64,000 nt of DNA from Eledone cirrhosa. Lineage: Eukaryota. Location: contig OZ024742.1 of assembly GCA_964016885.1 (NCBI GenBank), positions 152,396,001-152,460,000 of the forward strand, given 5' to 3'. How positions within the stretch are numbered: position 1 is the stretch's first letter; each line of letters opens with the position of its first letter. Below are positions 1-14,189 of this stretch, piece by piece. Made by a program: the position numbers and the translations under genes. The notes beneath the pieces are model-generated. The model was given only the letters and a program-made list of their open reading frames with translations. It was not told the origin of the DNA and made no database searches.

Positions 1-24
1 ATATATATATATATATATATATAT

Positions 25-142
25 GAGTGTAAACAGCCACCTAATACCAGGTTCACTGGTTTCGTGAAAACATTACAAGCTGAGGATCCGCTAAGGTGAA
101 ACAATTGTTCTCGGTATGGTGAACTAACTGTTGTGTTACCAC

Positions 143-225
<83 letters not shown>

Positions 226-342
226 AGTGTAAACAGCCACCTAATACCAGGTTCACTGGTTTCGTGAAAACATTACAAGCTGAGGATCCGCTAAGGTGAA
301 ACAATTGTTCTCGGTATGGTGAACTAACTGTTATGTTACCAC

Positions 343-345
<3 letters not shown>
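25..345 (+). ncRNA. Tandem pair of ~120-bp minimal type-I hammerhead-like units separated by (TA)n (period 200 bp)
   Basis: Near-identical units at 25-145 and 225-345. Core CTGAGGA-t-cc-gctaa-gg-t-GAAAC-AATT-GTT at 80-109 and 280-309. Helix III is the palindrome AACAATTGTT; imperfect enclosing stem (gttcact/ggtgaac). Confidence 0.7.
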
Positions 346-383
<38 letters not shown>

Positions 384-387
<4 letters not shown>

Positions 388-960
388 GAGAGACGTAAAA
401 TAAGAAAATTATAAAAATTAACTTACTTACTAAAATTTCACTCCAACTAATTAGTTTCTGAAAGGGAATAAACGTAGTTACCGAAGAAGTGTACGGATAA
501 GCCTTTCGTCATCAGGGAAGTCTATTCTCAGCTAAGTTTCCAGGCAATACGTGGACACAGGGAACTTATACAAAAATAATTCAGTGGATGGAAAAAAGCA
601 AAGCGTGGACTAAGTTCCAAGCCATTGAAAAAATCACTGCCTACTGCGTCGGTGGCAAATTCAAAATAATCAATCACGTGACATCGAGGTCAATCAGTGA
701 AGAGTGGTTTGTTAAGAAGATAGCAGCCGGACTGTTACTATATAGTAGCAGTTTTGGCCAATTTTTGCTCGACACAATAATTTGGAGATAATTATAAAGA
801 ATTAGTACATCTACTGACATATATATACAGATGCATACCTATGCCAGCAAATATATAGGTTTTGTCTTAGTAACTTTGGGGTTCAATGCATGGAGATGCA
901 GAACAATAATATGAGAGACATAAAATAAGAAAATTATAAAAATTAACTTACTTACTAAAA
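384..960 (-). mobile_element. Family Y: non-coding ~525-bp HHR monomer (retrozyme-like), about 1.1 units
   Basis: taaaataagaaaattataaaa recurs at 396 and 921. Homologous to 17432-19050, 23700-24185 and 49924-50656. No RT ORF. Confidence 0.8.
440..522 (-). ncRNA. Hammerhead ribozyme (family Y)
   Basis: Reverse complement reads ttcc-CTGATGA-c-gaaagg...cctttc-a-GAAAC-TAATTA-GTT-ggag. Confidence 0.8.
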
Positions 961-961
961 T

Positions 962-1249
962 ATAGTGAAAGATTGAAGAGTAACATGGTCGGTGGTTGTG
1001 CAACAAGGCGCTTTATTTCGGGTATTAACAATTGTTTCATTTATCAGGTGAGTCTAAAGGCCGTTAATCGCTCGAAGTTGCGTCACTCGATCTCCAATAC
1101 ATTAGTTACCTCTGATCAAATCCTCAGAATCCTGAAATAAAGCCCCTTGTTGTACAGCCGACCATGTTACACTTCAATCTTTCACTATTATTCATCCAAG
1201 TATAACCTGCATAGGAATACTCGCGAACACGCTGCCTAACTATGGAAAC

Positions 1250-1250
<1 letters not shown>
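962..1250 (-). ncRNA. Family Z copy A: HHR enclosed in a ~60-bp inverted repeat, plus tail
   Basis: Arms at 962-1026 and 1128-1188. Minus-strand core CTGAGGA-tttgatcag...ctgataaat-GAAACAATTGTT (1027-1127). Homologous to 46887-47127. Confidence 0.75.

Positions 1251-1347
<97 letters not shown>
1250..1347. repeat. (TCTA)n microsatellite
   Basis: Direct reading. Confidence 0.98.
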
Positions 1348-1907
1348 ATATATGCAAAAGTTCTATTTACATTTTTGGGATACAACAAGCAAATATTTTT
1401 ATAACTGATATAAAGCACTCGACAAGTATTTGGAGTAGATATACGATATTAACAAATGGAAACTATATTTATAAAACCATATTTATTTCATTATACATAT
1501 TTCAAGGATACCAAGTTAAATTATGGTATGCCTTCATCAGACAAAATACAATATATACCAGTTTTATAAATAAACATTGACGTACCCTTTCAAAATGCGA
1601 CCGTTACTTTTGGAAGACATCAGGATAGTGGTTTGTTTATTTTAGTAAATCGTAGTGTTAAGGATAAATAAAAAGACGGAGAGAGAGAGAGAAACGTGGA
1701 GAAAAGAAAGGGAGAGATAAATAAAAAAAAAGAAGAAAGAAAAAAGAAAAAAGAAAACAGAGGAAAACAACAGAGAGATATCAAACCACCAGACAGAGAG
1801 AAAAAAAAACTCAAGAGAGAGAAATATAGAGATAGAGAGAGGGGCTAGAACGAAAGCCTTCCATCACTTTCCACATAATGGAAGATATATATATATAAAT
1901 CAAGATA

Positions 1908-2000
1908 GAACCAGCTTGAAACTAGTTATAGCATTACTCAAAAGAGTGCTCAATACTAGCTGTTGATATAGCAAGAGCTCAACGGTAGGGTTCAGACTCT
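1908..2000 (+). mobile_element. Decayed family X HHR-like copy
   Basis: ctagctgttgatatagcaagagctcaacggtagggttc resembles ctagctgttgaaacggccagagctc...agccgtcggggtcc at 8787-8837. gaacc/ggttc could form helix I. Confidence 0.4.
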
Positions 2001-2389
2001 TCATAATATAAAATATAAATAACATATACTAATTAATCATCGTATCCAAAACCAATATCACCGACAAAACGCCATATTTCGACTAAAGTATTCGTACTAG
2101 TATTTATTTTATACTAAATATCATTTCATATAGAAAACAGTTATAAAAAGTTGCTTGTGATAGGAAATACAATAACAAATAATCGAGAGAATACATACAA
2201 AACTAAAGAATAAACCCTTAACAAAGTAAAGTCAACAATCTAGTGTAACGAAAAAAACATTTACAAAGAGGTAAAAGTTAATGACGACATATTAACACTA
2301 ATGTAATTAAAGTGAGAAAACAGTATGAAGGCAAAAGTATAATTCATGTACACACACAGACGCACATACACACAGGCATACACACACGC

Positions 2390-2391
2390 AT

Positions 2392-2465
<74 letters not shown>
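2390..2465. repeat. (CA)n microsatellite
   Basis: Direct reading. Confidence 0.98.
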
Positions 2466-3047
2466 ACAAAATAAAAAACATATATATATATATATATTTA
2501 TATACATATATTTTGTTTTTATGTATGTATAGCGTCAATAAAATATGATAAGATATATAAGACGTTTAAAACAATGGTATAGAGGCATTGGCTGCTCTTA
2601 TTGAGAAGTGACGCCATTAGAGAACAAAAACCTATTTGAAGTGATGCTTCTTAACAATAGAGCAAATGGATATGTCCAATTATTTCCTAAGGTAATAGAA
2701 TTAAAATCTCTCAACAAATCATCGATTCATGCTTAAAACACAATATATAGTTAGCCAGTATTTCTTTCTTTGTATTTCTTCTGTCATCTTTCTGTCTATC
2801 ATTATGATTTCCTTAATTTTAGTTTTGGCTGTTAATACATATTGTCTCTAAAGAACATGTTTTATTGTATTTAAGATGCCATAAAACAACAGGGATAAAA
2901 AGTTGATGCACTCAGATCCTTATAAATTTTTGTATCAACTGTCGGTTGTATAACATACATTTGATGAATATATATATATATATATACATATATATAATGA
3001 TATACATATATATACATATATATATACATATATATATACACATACAC

Positions 3048-3185
<138 letters not shown>

Positions 3186-3186
3186 T

Positions 3187-3255
<69 letters not shown>

Positions 3256-3421
3256 ATATACATATATACATATATATATATGTATATATACATATTGTTG
3301 GTTTTCGCTTCTGTATCTTTTATATCAGTTACTTTATTCGGTCCTCAATGTTTACCATTGACTGACCAACGGTAAAAATTACAGATATAATATAGACACA
3401 AATACGTATATATAGTCGAAG

Positions 3422-3460
3422 AAAGTTCTTTCGTTGCACTTCTGCAACATCGTCAGTGGT
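3422..3460 (-). ncRNA. Minimal HHR-like motif
   Basis: Reverse complement reads CTGACGA-t-gttgca-gaag-tgcaac-GAAA-gaac-TT. Same GAAAGAACTTT end as 20179-20221, but helix I is poorly paired. Confidence 0.55.
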
Positions 3461-3507
3461 GCTATTATGTTCCTCCTGTTGTATTGTATATCTACGCCAT
3501 CTTTTGG

Positions 3508-3557
<50 letters not shown>

Positions 3558-3587
3558 TATATATAATTAAATAAATATTTAATTTTG

Positions 3588-3650
3588 TATTTTATCTGAT
3601 GAGAACGTGCCACACTTTTTGGTACCCTTGATATATATATAATATAATAA
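3588..3650 (+). ncRNA. Degenerate HHR relic
   Basis: tattttat-CTGATGA-gaacgtgcca...tggtaccctt-GATA-tatata-TA-atataata. GAAA is mutated to GATA. Confidence 0.35.
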
Positions 3651-3692
3651 ATATGGTTTTATAAATATAGTTTCCATTTATTAATATCACTG

Positions 3693-3727
<35 letters not shown>

Positions 3728-3788
3728 AACGCAAAAAATGAATCGAGATTTCATTTCTCACTCTTAGTACGGCTGTTACTTAAATATA

Positions 3789-3870
<82 letters not shown>

Positions 3871-3884
3871 ATATATATGTATAC

Positions 3885-3921
<37 letters not shown>

Positions 3922-3946
3922 GTATATATATATGTATATATATATG

Positions 3947-4013
<67 letters not shown>

Positions 4014-4042
4014 GTATATATATATATATGTATATATATATG

Positions 4043-5144
<1,102 letters not shown>

Positions 5145-5183
5145 ATATATATATATATAATGTATAATAAACAATACAATATA

Positions 5184-5259
5184 ATTACCTCATGACCAGA
5201 GGTTTCCCGAATAAGACGAATACGAAAAACGTCCTCATTCGTTCGTCGGACAAGGCAAT
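5184..5259 (-). ncRNA. Hammerhead ribozyme in the 3' pLTR of PLE #1
   Basis: Reverse complement reads ttgccttgt-CCGACGA-acgaatgaggacg...cgtcttattcgg-GAAAC-ctctg-GTC-atgaggtaa. 9-bp helix I with wobbles and a GUC cleavage site. Confidence 0.85.
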
Positions 5260-6510
5260 TTAAGACATAGTGAAATAATGGAAAAGTCTCCTCAAGAAAT
5301 GCAAGAGTTTAACGGGCAAAAATATATAAATAAAAGTAATGCAAGAGATATATAAAAAGATAAGGAAATATAATTAGGGTATGTCTATATGTATGTATAT
5401 ACACTCACAAATGTACATATGTGTGTATGTACAAATGCATGTCTATGGTGAAAATGTGTGCGTAAGTACATATATGAGGGCAAGTATATTGGTGTATATG
5501 TGACTACAAATACGTATATAATATGAGTTGAAAAAGAAATTGTATGATAACATAGTTAACACGCATCCAGATACAGGTATTAAATACACATACGAGTATG
5601 AAAGCACGCGTATAAACACACATACACGCGCGCGGACACTTATATGCGGAAGATAAAGAGGGAAGGGAATGTAATAGTAAAAAGAAGTGTCATTCTCGAT
5701 ATATGTATAAAAATGTAACAATATATGAGAATGAAAACATTTTTTAAATCAAAGAGAAAGTAATCAATTAACACTAGAGAAAAGAAAACAAACATAGGTA
5801 CGCACGTACACTCACATATATATATATAAAAATATTTATACACACAAATACGTACAGACAAAAGCGCATGCATGCGTACATACATACACATGAGGCACGT
5901 ATATATATATATATCGCCACATGTATATCTAATCAGACGTACGTACGCGGTTATATATATATATACATATATACATACACACCCATACATACATATACAT
6001 ATACACACATATACATACACATACACATACATTCACGCGAATGCACACACACGTATAAATAAGTATGCAAAAACCATACATATAAAAAAACATAGATATA
6101 AAAAGACACATACACACACATATATATACGTACGCACGTACACATGCGGAGGCGTTCATATACATATACAGAACGTATACACACATAAGCACACTCACAC
6201 ACAGAGATACAGATTATAAACCAGCCGTATGAATAAATGAGTACAAATATAATATCGGCTGCGAAACAACAGACTATATCTGGAGTGGAAAACGCAAGTG
6301 ACATGTTTTTTGAGGTAGTGAAATAAAATGGGGAAGTAAAATGTGAAATGTGAAGATATTGGGTAACTGAATCGAAAAGTAGGGGGGGGGGGTTACTGGT
6401 GGATGTGAAGTAAAAATGAAAATAAAATTAAAAATAAAGTTAAAAATGAAAGTAAATCAGAAAGAGAAGTCTGTAAAGAGGATAATTTAAGGAAAGTGAA
6501 GAATAAGAGT

Positions 6511-8085
6511 TTATGGAGGATAAGTATCTGAAAGTGAGTTAAGTTTATATGAGCTGGAAAGCAAGTGTGATTTCATGTGTGGGCAACTGGTGAACATTTC
6601 TGTTTTTATATTTAGGCAGGTTTTTGGTGATTTAAGGTTCTGTAAAATCCAATATTTTTCACTTATGCAGAGTGTGCATCTTCTTGTTCCTCTTGCATAT
6701 TCTTTAGATTGGTTCAAAATTGACCAATCCAATTTATATTGGATAACTTGGTCTTTCAAATCCCATATTCTGCTAGCCAGAGCTGTTGTGAATCTTTTGT
6801 CTGGATGTCGGAAAGATGCAACATGTGAGTAATAACGCGTTTTGAATTTGTCTTGTGTCATACCCACATATCGTTCGCTGGTGGCTAGTTGGTTGTTGCT
6901 GATGGTTGTCACTTTAGCCGTACATACAATGGCTTTGGTGTGCATTTACCTTGTAATGGGCATTCACTTTTGTCTCTACAGGAGCAATTTTGATGTTCTC
7001 TGGGTGATTTCTTATTGATGATATAAGATTTAATAGGGGGACCGCAGGAGTAGCAATTTTGACACAGTTACTATTGAAGATCTTATAGTATCTATGTGTT
7101 CTAGGGAAATGTTTATCTAAGAGCTCCAGGAATTTTTTGCCTACATTAGTTTTAACAGCTATAGAGTAGGGGGTGTGAACCAGATTATTTTTCTTTTCTA
7201 TTATTATGTTTAAAAGAGTTAGTATTCTTGGGTATGTACTTAATCGGTTCTCTAAATCCGCTATTTTGAAGGGCTTTATTATAGTAGGGGGATGCCTTAT
7301 TGAAAATAGCTTCTGAGGAAGAGAGGGTGGAGATCCTACGGCTAATATTAGGGATACAGTTTTTAAAAAACTATAGGAGGATGGCAAGAGCCTCTATGTA
7401 TATATTTTAAATTTTCATTAGGTTTATGGTATGGTTTATAAGAAGCAGTAGGCAGATCTAGGTTTATATCTAGAAAATTAACATTGGAAAGGTTAGTGTC
7501 AATAGTAATTTTAAGATTAAAACTAGCGAAGGTTTTTATTAAGTCTTTCCTTAATCTATCTAAGTTATGGCCTATGGTGGTATGGGAAAGTATTAGACCA
7601 TCCTCGCGATAAAGCCCAAAAATATGGTTTATGAATTTTTCTTTAAGTGTGTGTAGGAGGAATAGCCCGACTAAATCACAAACATCAGCACTGTCAAAAG
7701 AACCCATTAAGACATCGATTGGGTTCTCTGGGTTAGATATTTTTACCCAAGTGTCATTATCAGTAAAGAGTAGAGCGTTTCTAGCATGCAAGATGGCATT
7801 CTCTTCAATATCAGAAATATTGGTAAACTTTCTAGCGAAATTTAAGGCTTTCGCTAAAAGAGTCTGAGTGATAGACGGGTAGAAATCTACAATGTCAAAT
7901 TGGGTGAATCTAGAACTATTTTTATCTTTAATATTATTAAACCAATGTACTGCGGAAGAGCTATTTATCTATTGGAGTAATTCAGACTTACTTCTAATCT
8001 GTGTGTTTATATTATTTAACATTTTTTTGCTGGCAAGACCGATATCAGTCTTAGCAGGGTTGATTAATCTACAACTAGGACGATT
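6511..8085 (-). pseudogene. Frameshifted PLE RT + GIY-YIG endonuclease
   Basis: Motifs FDIVDFYPSI, MGSFDSADVCDLVG, LYREDGL, VNFLDINLDL, CSCRDKSECPLQGKC, YVGMTQDKFKTRYYSH and CTLCISEK. Confidence 0.92.
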
Positions 8086-8483
8086 AACATATATACGTGA
8101 TATAAGTGACCGCGTGTGTGTGTGTGTTTATACGCGTGCTTTCATACTCGTATGTGTATTTAATACCTGTATCTGGATGCGTGTTAACTATATTATCATA
8201 CAATTTCTTTTTCAACTCATATTATATACGTATTTGTGGTCACATATACACAAATATACTTGCCCTCATATATGTACTTACGCACACATTTTCACCATAC
8301 ACATGCATTTGTACATACACACATATGTACATTTGTGAGTGTATATACATACATATAGACATACCCTAACTATATTTCCTTATCTTTTTATATATCTCTT
8401 GCATTACTTTTACTTATATATATTTTGCCCGTTAAACTCTTGCATTTCTTGAGGAGACTTTTCAAATATTTCACTATGTTTTA

Positions 8484-8561
8484 AATTGCCTTGTCCGACG
8501 AACAAATGAGGACGTTTTTCGTATTCGTCTTATTAGGGAAACCTCTGGTAATTAGGTAATT
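8484..8561 (+). ncRNA. Hammerhead ribozyme in the inverted 5' pLTR of PLE #1
   Basis: Same motif as 5184-5259 but with a GUA site and a few mismatches. Confidence 0.8.
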
Positions 8562-8662
8562 AAATTGTATTGTTTATTATACATTAAATTTTGCTCTGGT
8601 ACTTACATAGAGCACTCTTCACTCCTATGACTTTTTCAATTTTCAGCGGAAACTTCAACACT

Positions 8663-8699
<37 letters not shown>

Positions 8700-8714
8700 C
8701 GGGTGGAGCATATA

Positions 8715-8763
<49 letters not shown>

Positions 8764-8768
8764 TCCAC

Positions 8769-8909
8769 CCGTTTCAACAGCTAGATCTAGCTGTTGAAAC
8801 GGCCAGAGCTCGGCCGAAGCTCAGCCGTCGGGGTCCTGAACGTTTTCGTATCACTACCCTATCGTGTACTCTGGTGAGCAATATTCTAACTGGTTTTTAC
8901 TACCTCCAT

Positions 8910-8912
<3 letters not shown>
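8769..8912 (+). mobile_element. Family X fold-back HHR-half element
   Basis: Palindrome ccgtttcaacagctagatctagctgttgaaacgg, then ...ctcagccGTCggggtcc and a tail homologous to 19220-19318. Confidence 0.7.
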
Positions 8913-8947
<35 letters not shown>

Positions 8948-9247
8948 TCATAAAATATATGCTTACAAACATCATTATCAACATCCCCATACTAACCCAT
9001 TATATTCCAACTGAGAGCTAAGGCTTCTGAAAACCACAGGAATTTGTTCTTATACTGTATCTTTTACTTCACTGTAACGCGATGTTTTCATGCATGTCTT
9101 CTTAATGTTCTTTGTCAAGCAAACTCTTTGCATCCTCTCCTTCTGACTTTAAGAAACTTTATCTATTAGCAAAGATAGCGAATTTGCAGAGCTGTTAGAA
9201 CACCGGATAGAATGTTTTGTGATATTCCCTCAGGCTCATATCACTCT

Positions 9248-9320
9248 ACGTTAAAATCCCTCCAAGGTCAAATTTGCCTTTCATCCTGACCAGTACTGTG
9301 AGCTATTCTTTGGTCTTAGA
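9248..9320 (+). mobile_element. SINE fragment (Nin/Deu-type central domain)
   Basis: aaggtcaaatttgcctttcatcc matches the copies at 29875 and 49675. Confidence 0.55.
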
Positions 9321-9561
9321 GAGAGGGAGATATATATATATAGATAGATAGATAGAGAGAGAGAGAGAGAGTGTGTGTGTGTGGCTGTGAGATATTAGAT
9401 TGAAAAAGAGACATAGAGAGAGGGAGAGGAGACAGAGAAGGAGAATGGAAGAGAGAGGGACAGAGGCAGGTGGTGTTGTTGCGTATATATATATATATAT
9501 TATATATATATGTGTGTGTTTGTGTCTATGACCAGTGTATATAGATCACAGACACCCACAC

Positions 9562-9594
<33 letters not shown>

Positions 9595-11429
9595 TACATA
9601 TATATATATACAAACACACATTTATTTATATACATACACAAACGTATATATATGGGCCTTCCAGTTTCATTTCACATTATTTACATTTTAATTATCCAAA
9701 AATTATTTTTAAGTGAACATGATTTAAAAAAAATATTTTGAAGTGAACGTGATCCAACGGGTCACAGGTGGTCTAGTAATTTATAAAAGTCTTCATTTAG
9801 AAACGGTTCTATCTCGTCTTGGTTGTTCAGTACTAATAGCGAAACTCCATTAGTTCTACTCCTAGTGCAAACGCTTATCCAACGAGCTAATTGCTACTGA
9901 AGTCCACGCAGTTAGTAAAACAAAGAATTTAAAGAGTGGAATATTTTGATTAAATTTGCTGCCTGTTGTTATGAATTGCTTAAGACAGGTATAAGTTGTA
10001 GAATATAATTTCCTCTGTAAGATTGGTGTTGGACAATTGAAAGTGTAATATGATTTGAAAACTATTACGTGAAATTTCCAACGAAACAATCAAATAAGAC
10101 CATATTTGCTTCATGTCTGTGTATCAGTAGGAAAGGAAATGTTTAAATTAACATGAGTACAGATCTTTCTTTAATCCGTTTCATTGTTTTCAAAATTAGA
10201 AATTGTGACATTTCCTAAATTTCAGAATGCTTTGCTGGAAGGAAAATTGAAATTGTTATTGGAGTAATTCCGGATGTTTGAAGAATACAAACAGTGAATA
10301 TGAATCAGTTTACATGCGTTTACTTTATACATTATGAAACTAATGACTCGTATTGTTTTGGTTTTTGTTATGTAAATAGAAATACAAATCAATTGGTTTC
10401 AAAAGTTTAGTTGGTGATTTTATAACATTATATCGCGTTCACACAGTCTCAAGCTGAGAAATATTATTCGAATTAAACAGTAATTCACTCCATGCCATAA
10501 ACAGTGTAATACATCTAGAAATATTGTCATAAGATCGTGAATTTATAAACATATATACAGTGGAGTGAAAATTGAAAATATATTGAATTGCCTTATTAAA
10601 ATATATTTATATACGTGTTCTAATCACTGCCTCGGTGTACCAAGAAGCAGTTGCTGTGTTGAAAGAACGATCTAACGTCCACACCCGATTTAAGTTATAT
10701 CAAGTGGTATTTCTGCCCTAAAATTACTTTTTTATTAGCCTACATTAAGTAAAATAATGTTGTTGATGTCATTTTAAATACTTAAAGACTTAAATTTATC
10801 ACGCCAGATTGCCATTGACGTACCAATTGAAACGAAGTTGAGACAGGTGTAATGGATTAAATCTTGTCTTCTGTAAAATTTACTGTCCGAAATTGTGATG
10901 TTACTCCTTAAATACCGATTAAGTTCAGACTTCATAGATTTTCTCTAGTATTATTTCAATACCATGACTAATACCTCCATAAACTTATATGTCTGAATTG
11001 TTGATGTTTTCAACATTATTTTGTTGGGTATAAGAGAACGTTTGGAAGCGTACGTTTGGGATATTTGGTAGATTCTATAATTCAGACAATTGTTCAAATT
11101 ACTCCAGATGAATAGCATGCTTATGGGGCCTCATGAAGAATTTAAGAACGAATCTAATTATTGTAATCGATGGAGGTATCAACACTTGAAATGTATCATA
11201 TAATTTATGCTTTGCAGTTTAACATGTATGTATGTATGTAAACTAGCTGGGGTTGCCGGTTTAGTCGCCGACGAACCGACCAGGCGACAGGTTGTTCTGA
11301 CAAAGGGCAGAAGAACTCATAAGAGTCAACGGCCATCCAAAAATGAGTAAAGATGTATATACATGTATATATATGTATATATATATGTATATATGTATGC
11401 ATGTATGCATGTGTATGTATATGCGCGGG

Positions 11430-11700
11430 GACATAGAAATAATCCGGCTAGATACCGGATCGCGCAGTTAAACCACTGGGAGTGAAGGACTCCTAGACTT
11501 TGTCAGGGCATTGTTCTAGGAGAAGGCAACTTAGGAAACTGGGATAGCTCCGACATAAAACCTGCAGCTCGGTAGTTACCAATGATGTTGATATTTTTTT
11601 CTATTCTGGTTATAGCTACTGTCGCTCAGAGAATGGGATTGGCTCAGTGCACAGTCTCTCCTCACTTAAAAAAATCTTCACGCACAGGCAATGCACGATA
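11430..11700 (+). mobile_element. Probable RTE-clade LINE 5' region fragment
   Basis: gggca...ctaggagaaggcaact resembles the RTE 5'UTR motif (recalled, not searched). Confidence 0.4.
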
Positions 11701-11944
11701 GCATTAATTAATAATTATTAATAATGTTATATCGTGCAATGGCAATACTCGATAACGATGGGACAGCCATTATGTATGTATGTTCTGGTTTTAGGATTTT
11801 ATAAATGTTTGCCAATAGAGAGAGAGTCGGTTTCTAAAATAGACACAAGACACTTTCATTGGAATTTAGACAACGCCAACTATATATGTATGCATGTCTG
11901 CACGCGTGCGTGTGTGTTTCGGTATGGATGTTATTGTATGTCCC

Positions 11945-12680
11945 ATTATATCTCAGATTTTAAGGCCTTCTTTTGCTGCATCCACCCCCTCCTGGACCCT
12001 CCATTTTCTGCTTGTCTTAAGCTTGGGCTAGATCAACTTCACAATCTTGTCTTCCGAGTTCTCAAGCATAGTAAAGAGCCTTGTTTTCCGACATTGTACG
12101 CCACAACGATGAGTTTGTGGGGGTAGCATCAGCGTAGCCTGATGGCAGTAGAGTGAAAATCAATGAGACCTTATGTATTTGTTGATCCATAGCCGTTTTA
12201 GAGTTGATATCGTATAACATTAGAGGCCAGAGAAGCTTTGGGATCAACCCGAATTGCAAGTACCACAGCTTATATTTGCCAGAGAGGCCCCATTGATCTA
12301 TGGCCCGCTGACCTTTTTAAACCATGTGCTTGGATTTGCCCCACCTTTTCATATCTTTCAGAGTGTCGTCAGAATATCTTCCCAGACTTCTGACTGGTTC
12401 CTCGGCCACTATTGGTATCTTTTCGTTGGCTAACGTGAATACCACCGATCCCGCTACTTTCCCCTTCTGTCGACAGAGGCTCCTAGATTTCTTTGGTTGA
12501 ACCTCATTCTGGAAGGTTCAACTACTTTATACAACTGCCCCAGTAGTGTTTCACCTTCCATTGTGGCACAGACTGTAGTGTCGTCCATGACAACCTTTAG
12601 AGGAGGTTTTCAAAATCCCTCTCCAAGCACTGTTGGATATGATCAGCCCATTGTCTCCTTTGGGATGGCTTCTACAAGTA
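11945..12680 (-). pseudogene. Decayed Hero-like (REL-clade) non-LTR retrotransposon RT fragment
   Basis: Minus-strand peptides PPLKVVMDDTTV, GKYKLWYLQFGLIPKLLWPLMLYDI and KTSRKWRVQEGVDAA. Confidence 0.75.
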
Positions 12681-13576
12681 ATAGATTAAAAACAGATATA
12701 AATATATAGAATAAATATATACACCATAAATCGTTTAAATTGGCGCACTACCACTTTCTTCTTGCACCATCATATAGGAATAGTCATTATATTAATTTTA
12801 TCAGCGATTCCTAGTTTGTAAACTGAATTATAATTTGAAAATAACATGACAATAACTTCATTTATTTTAATATGTGTTTCATTCCTCAATGGATAGTAGA
12901 CAATATTTAATGGAAAAAAGAATTCTTTCATATATTATTCAAAGGCGTAATTTAATTCATATAGACATGATTTCAGCTTTAGAATATTGTTGTTCTGCTA
13001 TAGGAGAGCATTTGTTTAATTTAAATAACACTCCTGGCAAATAATTGATATACACACAGACATCGCTGCGGGTATTGGATACCGAGTTGGCTTTGCAGTT
13101 TCATGGTTTCATGCTGCATCAGACTGCGTAGAAACTTGAAAAGAAATCTCAACATTATGAGTGAAATGCTTTGACGGAAACTGTAGAGAAGACAGCTATA
13201 ATAATGCATACATTTTCAAGATATTTCGTTTATGTTTCACATTTCTGTGACAATAAAAGGAAAAATATAAATTGGAGAAATGAGAACGGTGAAAAATATT
13301 GCTGAAGCTTAGCTTCATTGGTAATATACAGCTGCATTATTATAATGTATAAATTGATTCGAACATTTTTTGTTGATATTAAACATTAATCCCACTCATT
13401 CTTTTGACATCAGAGATTTCATTAAATACTTAAGATATATAATGCCAGCAAACCATTTCCTTTTATCACAACAATTTCAGGATTCAATTCCTTTTGATAA
13501 TCGTACAACTATGTTGAGTCTAAAGCCTTGTTCATATAACTGTCCTTTCTTCACTTGAGCAGTTACTCTTTTATTG

Positions 13577-13658
<82 letters not shown>

Positions 13659-13840
13659 CATAAATATATGTATATACATACATACATATAAACGTATATA
13701 TATATAATTATATATATATATGTATGTATATATATATATATATATACATACATATACATACACATACATACATATATATATATACATAGATATATATACA
13801 TACATATACGTACATATACATATACATACATATCATACAT

Positions 13841-13903
<63 letters not shown>

Positions 13904-13936
13904 CATACATACATACATATACATATACATATACAT

Positions 13937-14003
<67 letters not shown>

Positions 14004-14189
14004 TAGGTTAAATTCAAAACATTTTTTAGCTGTGGAATTCTTTTTTCAGCTATTCATCCATCTGATATCTTTGAAATGGATGTTTTTAGAATTAGCGTTC
14101 TGCTAGAGTGTTCTTATGTAAGGGAAATAACTTAATGTATACACGTGTGTGGGGGATTGTCAGATATTTATTGTTGTTCAGATTTTAAG

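Larger units (their letters stand above)
5157..8665 (-). mobile_element. PLE #1 (Penelope-like, Naiad-type domain layout), 5'-truncated with inverted 5' pLTR
   Basis: 5160-5645 is the reverse complement of 8100-8587; RT and GIY-YIG remnants lie between them. Confidence 0.92.

Noticed and set aside
25-345. CRISPR-like repeat/spacer appearance
   Set aside because: Eukaryotic context, 120-bp units, spacers are pure (TA)n, and there are no cas genes.
588-791. Recurrent small ORF (MEKSKAWTKF..., also 18577-18768) in family Y
   Set aside because: Antisense to the ribozyme strand, and the frame is not preserved between copies.
6511-7100. Selenocysteine (in-frame UGA) usage reported for some Naiad PLEs
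   Set aside because: The Cys positions I could read in PLE #1, #4 and #5 use TGY codons or are substituted; no aligned TGA was seen.
9760-11200. Unique AT-rich DNA examined for host exons
   Set aside because: Only short open frames with no recognisable motif or consistent splice pattern.
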